A DNA stretch of 64,000 nucleotides from an uncultured Desulfatitalea sp. (GTDB lineage: Bacteria > Desulfobacterota > Desulfobacteria > Desulfobacterales > Desulfosarcinaceae), in assembly GCA_963668675.2 (NCBI GenBank), contig CAXXMB010000002.1, positions 1,632,001 through 1,696,000 on the forward strand, in the 5' to 3' direction. Shown piece after piece: positions 10,157 through 18,024 of this stretch. A model generated the notes under the pieces. That model saw only the letters and a program-made list of their open reading frames with translations. It was not told where the DNA came from and did no database searches. The translations under genes and the position numbers were made by a program. Numbering within the stretch: the stretch's first letter is position 1; each line of letters begins with the position of its first letter.

Positions 10157-10915
10157 ATGGCGAATAAAATAGCACTCGTTACCGGCGGCAGCCGGGGATT
10201 GGGCAAAAGCACTATTATTCATCTGGCCAAAAAAGGCGTAGACGGGATTCTGACCTATCACACCAGGCAAGACGACGCCCGGAAGGTGGTGGCCGAGGTG
10301 GAGCAAATCGGGCAAAAGGCCGTTGCCCTTCAGTTGGATACGGGAGAGATCAAGGGGTTTGAAGCATTTGCCGGACAAGTAAAGAAAACGCTGCAGGAGG
10401 TTTGGCAACGGGACCGATTCGATTTTCTGGTGAACAACGCGGGGATTGGGTTGCACACCCCGTTTGGCCAAACCACAGAGGATCAATTCGACCAATTGAT
10501 GAATATCCATTTGAAGGGCGTCTTTTTTCTGACCCAGGCATTGTCGCGCCTCATTGCCGACGGGGGGCGCATCGTCAATCTCTCCAGCGGATTGGCCCGC
10601 TTTTCCATGCCAGGGTTTTCGGTTTACGCAGCCATGAAGGGCGCCATAGAAGTGCTCACACGCTATATGGCGCTGGAACTCGGCGACCGCCGGATCACGG
10701 TGAATGCAGTCGCCCCCGGGGCTATTGAGACCGATTTCGGCGGCGGCATGGTCCGAGACAACAAAGAGGTGAACAGCTTTATCGCCTCCCAGACCGCACT
10801 GGGCCGGGTAGGCCTGCCCGGCGATATTGGCGGCGCGATTGCATCCCTGATAGGTGAAGAGAGCGGCTGGATCAATGGTCAACGCATCGAGGTATCGGGA
10901 GGGATTCATCTGTAG
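10157..10915 (+). CDS. Short-chain dehydrogenase/reductase
   Basis: TGGSRGLG, NNAG, YAAMK; ATG after GGGGAG SD. Confidence 0.95.
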   Translation: MANKIALVTGGSRGLGKSTIIHLAKKGVDGILTYHTRQDDARKVVAEVEQIGQKAVALQLDTGEIKGFEAFAGQVKKTLQEVWQRDRFDFLVNNAGIGLHTPFGQTTEDQFDQLMNIHLKGVFFLTQALSRLIADGGRIVNLSSGLARFSMPGFSVYAAMKGAIEVLTRYMALELGDRRITVNAVAPGAIETDFGGGMVRDNKEVNSFIASQTALGRVGLPGDIGGAIASLIGEESGWINGQRIEVSGGIHL

Positions 10916-10917
10916 AG

Positions 10918-10944
10918 GGGGACGCCCATAAAATTATAATTTTC
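10918..10944 (+). repeat. 27-bp GGGGAC-ended repeat, copy 1 (inverted relative to copies 2 and 3)
   Basis: GGGGACGCCCATAAAATTATAATTTTC, containing the palindrome AAAATTATAATTTT. Confidence 0.9.
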
Positions 10945-10946
10945 TG

Positions 10947-11954
10947 CTAACTATCTATCAAATCGTACCCTTCATTTAGAACCATCTGCTCACCCCGTCT
11001 GGCGCAAATACTGACAGATGGCTGCGATATCTTCAGAACTTCCGCCAATCGGGTCATGGTAAAGCCCAATTCAGTGGTCGCCCAGTAGCAAAACAAACTG
11101 CGCGCTTTGACCTTGGACGGTTGTTTGCCGGGGATGAAAATCTGCGCCGGATCGACGCCGACCAACGTCGCGGCGCGTTGGGCGACACGATCCAGAGTCC
11201 AGCCCTCAGCCTCGAGGGCGCATCTGCGTTGCAGCGATTCATCTGCCGCCTTGAGGACATCTTCGACAAAATCCGAATCGCCTAAAATACGCTCGTCGCT
11301 CTTAACATGGATGTTGGCTTTGCGAAGTGATTTGATCACCGCCCAGCCGCCAGCGCTGCGAACCAGTCCCCCGCCGATCAGATCCGGCCGTTTCCCCATT
11401 TCGATGCCCTGCGCCAGATACGCTTTGTAGCGCCGCCGAGCCGTTGTTTTCCGATCGGAAAACAGGTTGAGGGCATAGGCCGTATCCTGCCAATCGCACG
11501 CCTTCTTTCCCATGATCGCGCCATGGCCGCTAAACGGGTAGCGATCCAGTTTGTTTAAATCGGCTACCAGTCTCGCGCGCAACGGATTCAGGTGAATATA
11601 GCGGATCAGCTCCAGCAGGTAGGTCTCCTCCTGGCACAGGATCGATTTGTAGCGGTTCTGAAAAAGCCGGCCGCTGCGCCGATGCCTGCGGTTGAAGGCC
11701 ACGGCATGGCCGGTCAACAGCCGGCCCATAACAGTAGACAGCGGCTGGTTGCCGCTGCGCAGCAGCAGATGAAAATGGTTGGGAATCAAGGCCCAGGCAA
11801 AACAACGGGTCTTCGAATCGGAAAGAACCTTGCCCAGCCGCTTGAGAAAATCATAGCGGTCAGTATCGTCCTTGAATATCGTCCTGCGCTCGATCCCCCT
11901 TACGATCACATGGTGCAACGCACCAGGGGCGTCTATCCTTGCTTGGCGTGGCAT
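10947..11954 (-). mobile_element. REP-associated tyrosine (HUH/Y1) transposase, RAYT-like, with C-terminal HTH extension
   Basis: MPRQARIDAPGALHHVIVRG, PNHFHLL (HUH), GRLFQNRYKS, YIHLNPLRA; C-terminal ARSLFCYWA...LAEVLKISQPSVS. Confidence 0.92.
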
Positions 11955-11986
11955 GCCTGAACAACTAACATATGAAGATCGCAAAG

Positions 11987-12013
11987 GAAAGTTATAATTT
12001 TATGGATGTCCCC
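11987..12013 (-). repeat. 27-bp GGGGAC-ended repeat, copy 2
   Basis: GAAAGTTATAATTTTATGGATGTCCCC; reverse complement matches copy 1 at 24/27. Confidence 0.9.
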
Positions 12014-12027
12014 AACATACATTTGAC

Positions 12028-12056
12028 TTGATTGAATGTCTTTCATTCCTTATAAT
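12028..12056 (+). promoter_or_regulatory. Sigma70-type promoter of the TA operon
   Basis: TTGATT-N17-TATAAT, with a short IR GAATG/CATTC in the spacer. Confidence 0.6.
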
Positions 12057-12092
12057 CCTGTTAATATAGATAAAATACGATGAGGGATATAA

Positions 12093-12383
12093 ATGAAGAC
12101 AGACCAATTAATATCAATGCTGAACCAATATAAAAAAACGCACAGCCGTCAGTACGGCATCAAACGTCTTGGTCTGTTCGGCTCCATAGCCAAAGGTACA
12201 TCCAATGATCAAAGCGATATCGATATCGTTGTCGAACTGGAACGGCAGGACCTGTTTTTTCTAATAGGCATAAAGCAAGATTTAGAAGAACAGCTCCACT
12301 CAAAAGTTGATATTGTTAGCTATCGAAATAACATGAATCCCTTCCTGAGACAGCGTATCGACCAAGAGGCATTATATGCATGA
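12093..12383 (+). CDS. Minimal nucleotidyltransferase (MntA-type antitoxin)
   Basis: LFGS-x10-DID motif, 96 aa, overlaps the HEPN gene. Confidence 0.92.
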   Translation: MKTDQLISMLNQYKKTHSRQYGIKRLGLFGSIAKGTSNDQSDIDIVVELERQDLFFLIGIKQDLEEQLHSKVDIVSYRNNMNPFLRQRIDQEALYA

Positions 12384-12756
12384 TACGGAATTGGCGATGC
12401 AAATTCTGCTGCAAATAAGGGAGGCGGCCAAGACTATCCTGTGGCGGTTTTCTGCAATTCACCACGCTGATGATTTTACAGGTTCAAATGAAGGAAAAGA
12501 AAAGCTCGACGGCATTTGTATGCAGCTTATCGCAATAGGTGAAAGCCTTAAAAAGATAGATGCGGTTACAAATCATTCGCTTTTAATCAAATACCCTCAG
12601 ATAGAGTGGAAAAAGGCCATGGGATTGAGGGACATTATCACCCACCACTATTTTGACATCAATGCAGAGGCTATTTTCGATGTCTGCAAAACAAAAATAG
12701 AACCACTTCTATCGACCATTGAGAAAATAATTTCCGATATGCAAGAGGAAGAATAA
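12376..12756 (+). CDS. HEPN (DUF86, HepT-type) RNase toxin
   Basis: GLRDIITHHYF = Rx4HxY; directly downstream of the MNT gene. Confidence 0.92.
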   Translation: MHDTELAMQILLQIREAAKTILWRFSAIHHADDFTGSNEGKEKLDGICMQLIAIGESLKKIDAVTNHSLLIKYPQIEWKKAMGLRDIITHHYFDINAEAIFDVCKTKIEPLLSTIEKIISDMQEEE

Positions 12757-12798
12757 TCTCCTCATTAAAAACATTAATAGCAAACCACCTCTTTCCCC

Positions 12799-13058
12799 TT
12801 AATCCAACCAGCGCCCTTTTTCATTGGCAATAGCCTTCTCCCTCACGGAACCAACTGATTGATGGCAGCTGCTGGCATAGAGATTAAGCCATCGATTAGG
12901 TTGATGGGCAGTCAAAAACAAAAGTGCCGAAAACTCCGGACACTAACCATGGCCCACACTCTATAAAAGGAATTTCGTCTGATTGGACAAGAGCAAAAAA
13001 CGGCGGCTGAGAAAGAAAGATAGACCTCCCAAGCATCCGTATTTCAAACATTTATCTA
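12799..13058 (-). pseudogene. Heavily decayed relic of a second RAYT-like gene
   Basis: Collinear DNA patches resembling the RAYT 3' end (ACTGA..GATGGC.GC; CAGT..AAAACAAA..TGC); lies next to repeat copy 3 in the same geometry as the intact gene. Confidence 0.5.
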
Positions 13059-13085
13059 GAAAGTTATAATTTTATGGGCGTCCCC
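13059..13085 (-). repeat. 27-bp GGGGAC-ended repeat, copy 3 (direct repeat of copy 2)
   Basis: GAAAGTTATAATTTTATGGGCGTCCCC; a further degenerate ...AATGTCCCCATG lies at 13159-13170. Confidence 0.9.
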
Positions 13086-13171
13086 ATGGTCTCCCAGGAG
13101 GACTTTATATCTCGCTGATTTTTTAACGTTTTAATATCTGTTGACATAAGGGATATAGAATGTCCCCATGT

Positions 13172-13732
13172 TCAAATTTCTTTTTCTATAAAGCTTATAA
13201 ATTTATAAACCGCGTCTATCTTTTTTTGTTTGTCCATTCCTGTCCACTCTTCTTTGAGAATCTGAGGCATCCTCCCACTGTAAAAAGAATCTAAAACCCA
13301 TGCAGAAACATTTTGCAACTCAGATTTCGAAATAGTTCTTTTAGTATCGTAATTTTCATCAAAAAACGAACCTGTTAAATAATAATAATCCAAATTGATA
13401 ATTGTTTCGAGAAACACTGCATTGAAATAATCATCGCTATTTTTATTTGCAATATTCAAATTTATTTTTTGAAATAGCTGATCAATATTTCTACTTTTAC
13501 TTATCAAGTATTGTTTTGATTTTGTGACATTTGAAGGTATGAAGATAATTTTAGAATTGCCGTCTTTTGCAATGCCTTCTTTTGCTGAACCGGATTCTTC
13601 TAATTTATAAGCTTCGCATAATATGCCTGCAACGCTTAATGCTTCCTTCTTAAAAGAATTGCTACAACTAGTCAAGATAGTAAGTGAACAAAAGAATACT
13701 ATCGATCCCACTATGTAATATTTCTTTTTCAT
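13172..13732 (-). CDS. Putative Rhs immunity lipoprotein
   Basis: AT-rich, 18 bp downstream of the Rhs stop, signal peptide II MKKK...ILTSC. Confidence 0.7.
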   Translation of the reverse strand: MKKKYYIVGSIVFFCSLTILTSCSNSFKKEALSVAGILCEAYKLEESGSAKEGIAKDGNSKIIFIPSNVTKSKQYLISKSRNIDQLFQKINLNIANKNSDDYFNAVFLETIINLDYYYLTGSFFDENYDTKRTISKSELQNVSAWVLDSFYSGRMPQILKEEWTGMDKQKKIDAVYKFISFIEKEI

Positions 13733-13750
13733 TATATACTTACTTTCTTT

Positions 13751-16700
13751 CTATGGATGAAAATCACTCATAGGGCCGCGATAGTTTGGAACCATTGGGC
13801 ATCTTGAAAAACGACTATTACCAAAGTTTATCCAACTAATAGCATCAAGTGAAAATTTATCCACTTTCTTCCAACTTCCATACCATTTATCCATCACTTT
13901 GTCTTTGACCTTAAAAAACAACCTTTTAGTGTAACATCTTCCACATTTTTCTTCCCACTCATGACATAAGTAAATATCCCTATGAATTAATTCTTTTTCA
14001 TACCTTTCAAATTTTAAATAAATGCATTGATCAGTCCACCTTTCTTTAAGCCAGGTACCCTTATCAACATTTCCTGTTTTTCTTAAAAAAGGTACCATAA
14101 AAATCTTTAAGCATGGATTTTGTTTCGTCTTGCAAGGTTTCAATCCTTGTGGATCTGTAATATTAATTGGATTACTCAAAACATAAGCATAAGGATTTGC
14201 GCCGCCTTCAAACCCTATAGGATCTGCCCTCAAATATCTCCCCAACCCAGGATCGTAATATCTGTGATAGTTATAGTGCAGCCCAGTTTCATTATCGAAG
14301 TATTGGCCGGCAAACCGCAAATTATTAACAACACTCTCAACCGTAACATCAACCTCCCCAAACGGCAAATAGTCCCCACTCCAAACCACCCCCCCACCAG
14401 CATCCGTCAACCGCTGAGGCGTCCCCAAATGATCACAATGAAAATAGTAAACCGTCCCACCCCCATCAATCATCGCCAAAGGCTGCCCATGCAACCAAAC
14501 ATACGCCTTGACCATATTCCCGGCCGCATCGGTCTCGGCAATCAACTGCCCGGCCTGATCGTAATGAAACAGCACACTGCCCGTCCCCTGCTTCATAGCC
14601 CGCTGGCCGCTGCTGTTGTACGTATAATCATTAGGATCGGTAATAGCCGGCTGCGGGTTGTTGGCCCCGGGAATCCGCTGAACCGTGTTACCGTCGGCAT
14701 CGTACGCGAACAGCTCCGTATGCACCCCGGTAACCGTATGCAACCGGTTGGTGCCCGGGTAGTAGGCGTAGCTGTCCTCATCGCTGTTCTCGGTGCGCGT
14801 CAACCGGTTGCCCACATTGTCGTAGGTATACCCAATGCTTCCATAAACACCGACGGCGCTAGTCAGCCGGTAGAGATCGTCGTACCCGAAACTCTGGCTG
14901 CGCCCGGCATCCAGGTTGTCGGTGATCAGCTCGATGTTGCCCACTGCATCCGGCGTATAGGTCCGGCTCATCACCGTACCCGCCGCCAGCGTGGCGATCT
15001 GGTAGTTCTTATCGTAGCTCTTGCCGACCTGAATGCCGTTGCCCAGGGTCATACCGCTCACCGGCCCGAAGGGCATGTAGGCAATGTTCGAAGCCAGGGT
15101 CTGGCTGCCGTCGAGCACCACGGCGCCGATGCGGGCAGGGTCGGCCGGGTCGGGCTGGTAGGCGACGCTGTGGCCGGTGGGATAGACCATCGTGCGCAGG
15201 TTTCCGGCCGCATCGTAGAGATAGCTGGTGACGAAAATCGTGCCGCCGATAGTGCGCGTTTCGGTCTCCAACTGCCCGTCGGCATTGTAGCTGTATTCCA
15301 CTGTCCCCGACGGGTCAGTCACCGAGGCGAGACGGCCCATCAGGTTGGCGCCGCTGCCCGTGTCGTAGGCCATGGCCACGTTCTCGGCCGGGTCGCTGTA
15401 GAGGATATCGGTCAGCCGTCCGATTAGGTCGTACCGGTACTCGACCGCCTGCCCGTTGTGGGTCTTGAAGCGCAGGTTGCCGGCCGCATCGTAGCTGTAG
15501 AGGCAGTTGCCCGTATCAGGCGAGTCGGTCTCCACCAGTCGTCCCATATCGTCGTATGTGTAGAGGGTCACGTGCCCCTCGGCATCGGTCACCGAGGCGA
15601 GGTTGCCGTGGATGTCGTAGCCGTAGACCGTGGTCACATTCCCCGGCTGGATCACCTGCCACAGCCGGTTGAACTGATCGTAGAGGTACTCGGTCACATT
15701 GCTGTTAGCGTCGGTCACGGACTTGAGATTACCCGAGCCGTCGTAGGCGTAGACCGTCTCCAGGTCGGCGGTGTCGTCGTGGTTGCGGTGCAGGCTCTTC
15801 CACGGCTTGCCCGCCGCCAGGTCCGGGTTGTTGGCCGGATCGCCCCAGTCCGTGCCGCGATAGTGGGTCAGGGTCTCGTCGGCCGCATGGATCGACTCCT
15901 CGGTGCGCTTTCCAAGGCCGTTGTAGGCGTAGTAGACGAAGTTGCCCGACGGGTCCATTATCTTTTCAACGAAGCCCGCATCGTTGTACGCATAGTCCAT
16001 GGTGCGGCTCAAGGCGTCGGTGGCCGTATCCAGCTCGCCGGCCGCCGTGTAGGTGCGGCTGGTGGTGACGCCGTTGCGCGTGGCCGACAACTGCCGGTTG
16101 CGGCCGTCGTAGGTGAAGGTGGTCACCACGCCGTTGACGTCGGTCACCGTCTCCACGTTGCCGGCAGCATCGTAGGTGTAGGAGGTGGTACCCACCAGCG
16201 GCCGCGTCTCAGTCAACCGGTCGCCGGTCGCCGGATCGTAGGTGTAGCTGACCAGGTCCTGGTTGCCGGGCAGCGGCCCGTCGATGCTCTCCACCTGCCC
16301 ATTGGCGGTGTAAGAGTAGGTGGTGATGTACTCGTAACCGCTCAACGCCCCGACCGCATCAAAGGTCGTCCCGCGCTCCACCTTGCGGTGCATCAGCCGT
16401 GTGGGGTTCTCGTTGGAGATGGCGTTGCCGTCATCGTCGTAGTCGAAGATGGTCTCTTTGAAGCCGGCGCTCAGCACCGACTGTTCTAAGATGCTCAACC
16501 GGTCGCCGGTCGCCGGGTGGTAGGTGTAGTAAAAGGTGCGCTCGTCGGCGGTGCCCACGGCCTGGATTTCAGTTTGATAGCGGTCCGTGCTGTCAAAGTT
16601 TGTATATTGGTCGATGCGGCCGTTGGCGTACTCTATTTCAACGACGCGGCGCTGGTCATCATAGCCGTAACGCACGGCATCATCGCCACCGCAACCGGCG

Positions 16701-17977
16701 CAACCGCCACCACCGGTGATATGGGTAATGGTCCTGCGACCGTTTATTGTTTCAATCGTATAGGTTTTTTGAACGCCCTGTTCGTCCGTTGCCACAACAC
16801 TGGAAGTAGCGTATCCGGTGATGGTCACACCCTTTCCGTCGCGGGTCGTATTTTCAATGGCACGATCCAAACTATCAAACTGCCAGGAGGAGAGAAATTC
16901 ATCGGCAAGGTTGCGCTTTTCGGTAAGATTGTGGATATCGTAGGGATCTTCGTATCTGTATTCATATCCGGAGGCTGTGGAGCCGTTGTCGTCGTCCGCA
17001 TAGATCACGTGAGTGAGGTTGTTCTCGATATCGTATTGGTAGGTGACCCAGATGCCGTCGGGCACGCGTGAAGTTGTCGGACCAGTGATATGTTCAATAC
17101 GATTCTCCGCATCGTATTGAAATCCGATGCTGCGGCCCGTGGCTTCGTCGGCGACCGTTGCAAGGCGGCCATAGGCATCATATGTCAGGGTCTGTACATT
17201 ACCGTTGCCGTCGGTCTTGGCGACAAATCGCATCTGCTCGTTAAAGGTGTAGACAATGCCGTTGGCACGGTACCAGGTGAAACCAACCCCAGCCTCGATC
17301 ACAATATAGCCTTTGGAATTGAGGATGCCCGAATAAATGCTTCCGCCCAAATGGTTCTGGTATTGGTGTTTTCTGCCCAGCTCATCGATAATCTCAAAAG
17401 CGTTGGTTTCTGTGGAGGAAAGATATCCGAGGGTAACATTGTAATTGTGGGTCCAACCGTAACCAACAGAGGTGGCCTGATCGGAGCGGCTTCGATAGGC
17501 ACGATAAAGTTTGAAGCCTTTTTCATGAGAGGTGTTGAACTCTAAGTCGATATCTTTCTGTTCGCTATTTCCAGTGTAGACGACTATAGGGTCACCATCT
17601 TTGCTGTTCGGACATTTAGGTACCCCAGGAGGACAGCACATTTCTTCTCGCTCTTTGCAGCACTCGTCTTCAGGGGGATCCATCAAATAGTAGTAACAAT
17701 TAACTTGAACCTGGCCTCCGGTATAACCTGTCCAGCATCCACCATCGCCAGCATAGTCAGGGCTGTAGTAATTGCGGCCACAGGAAGAATGCACTCTATC
17801 CGGTTCACCCGGGGGGTGATCCTTAACACATGCCATGACTGCAACTCGTGCTTCAAAAAAAGTTTCATAGAAATAGTCGTGATAGTCCGCCACTTCAGGG
17901 ACGCGAGCCCATGTAAATTCATTGCAGCATAGACACAATATCACGTAAATAGAGATCACTATCGGCTTTTTAAACAT
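13751..17977 (-). CDS. Rhs/YD-repeat polymorphic toxin with Sec signal peptide and unrecognised C-terminal domain
   Basis: Signal peptide ...EFTWA; GDPIVVYTG...GYGWTHNY; many YD repeats; core end RFAGQYFDNETGLHYNYHRYYDP...YAYVLSNPINITDPQGL. Confidence 0.95.
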   Translation of the reverse strand: MFKKPIVISIYVILCLCCNEFTWARVPEVADYHDYFYETFFEARVAVMACVKDHPPGEPDRVHSSCGRNYYSPDYAGDGGCWTGYTGGQVQVNCYYYLMDPPEDECCKEREEMCCPPGVPKCPNSKDGDPIVVYTGNSEQKDIDLEFNTSHEKGFKLYRAYRSRSDQATSVGYGWTHNYNVTLGYLSSTETNAFEIIDELGRKHQYQNHLGGSIYSGILNSKGYIVIEAGVGFTWYRANGIVYTFNEQMRFVAKTDGNGNVQTLTYDAYGRLATVADEATGRSIGFQYDAENRIEHITGPTTSRVPDGIWVTYQYDIENNLTHVIYADDDNGSTASGYEYRYEDPYDIHNLTEKRNLADEFLSSWQFDSLDRAIENTTRDGKGVTITGYATSSVVATDEQGVQKTYTIETINGRRTITHITGGGGCAGCGGDDAVRYGYDDQRRVVEIEYANGRIDQYTNFDSTDRYQTEIQAVGTADERTFYYTYHPATGDRLSILEQSVLSAGFKETIFDYDDDGNAISNENPTRLMHRKVERGTTFDAVGALSGYEYITTYSYTANGQVESIDGPLPGNQDLVSYTYDPATGDRLTETRPLVGTTSYTYDAAGNVETVTDVNGVVTTFTYDGRNRQLSATRNGVTTSRTYTAAGELDTATDALSRTMDYAYNDAGFVEKIMDPSGNFVYYAYNGLGKRTEESIHAADETLTHYRGTDWGDPANNPDLAAGKPWKSLHRNHDDTADLETVYAYDGSGNLKSVTDANSNVTEYLYDQFNRLWQVIQPGNVTTVYGYDIHGNLASVTDAEGHVTLYTYDDMGRLVETDSPDTGNCLYSYDAAGNLRFKTHNGQAVEYRYDLIGRLTDILYSDPAENVAMAYDTGSGANLMGRLASVTDPSGTVEYSYNADGQLETETRTIGGTIFVTSYLYDAAGNLRTMVYPTGHSVAYQPDPADPARIGAVVLDGSQTLASNIAYMPFGPVSGMTLGNGIQVGKSYDKNYQIATLAAGTVMSRTYTPDAVGNIELITDNLDAGRSQSFGYDDLYRLTSAVGVYGSIGYTYDNVGNRLTRTENSDEDSYAYYPGTNRLHTVTGVHTELFAYDADGNTVQRIPGANNPQPAITDPNDYTYNSSGQRAMKQGTGSVLFHYDQAGQLIAETDAAGNMVKAYVWLHGQPLAMIDGGGTVYYFHCDHLGTPQRLTDAGGGVVWSGDYLPFGEVDVTVESVVNNLRFAGQYFDNETGLHYNYHRYYDPGLGRYLRADPIGFEGGANPYAYVLSNPINITDPQGLKPCKTKQNPCLKIFMVPFLRKTGNVDKGTWLKERWTDQCIYLKFERYEKELIHRDIYLCHEWEEKCGRCYTKRLFFKVKDKVMDKWYGSWKKVDKFSLDAISWINFGNSRFSRCPMVPNYRGPMSDFHP

Positions 17978-18024
17978 TTACCTATTCTCCTATCACTTCA
18001 ACTACTCACTATATATTGTCTAAT

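Noticed and set aside
10947..11954. IS200/IS605 element with TnpB
   Set aside because: No tnpB; size, N-terminal MPR motif and C-terminal extension fit RAYT-like proteins
10918..13170. CRISPR array made of the 27-bp repeats
   Set aside because: Copies are ~1 kb apart, in mixed orientation, with no cas genes
14120..17545. Long plus-strand ORFs (435, 343, 184, 151 aa) opposite the Rhs gene
   Set aside because: Antisense shadows of GC-rich coding sequence with no motifs
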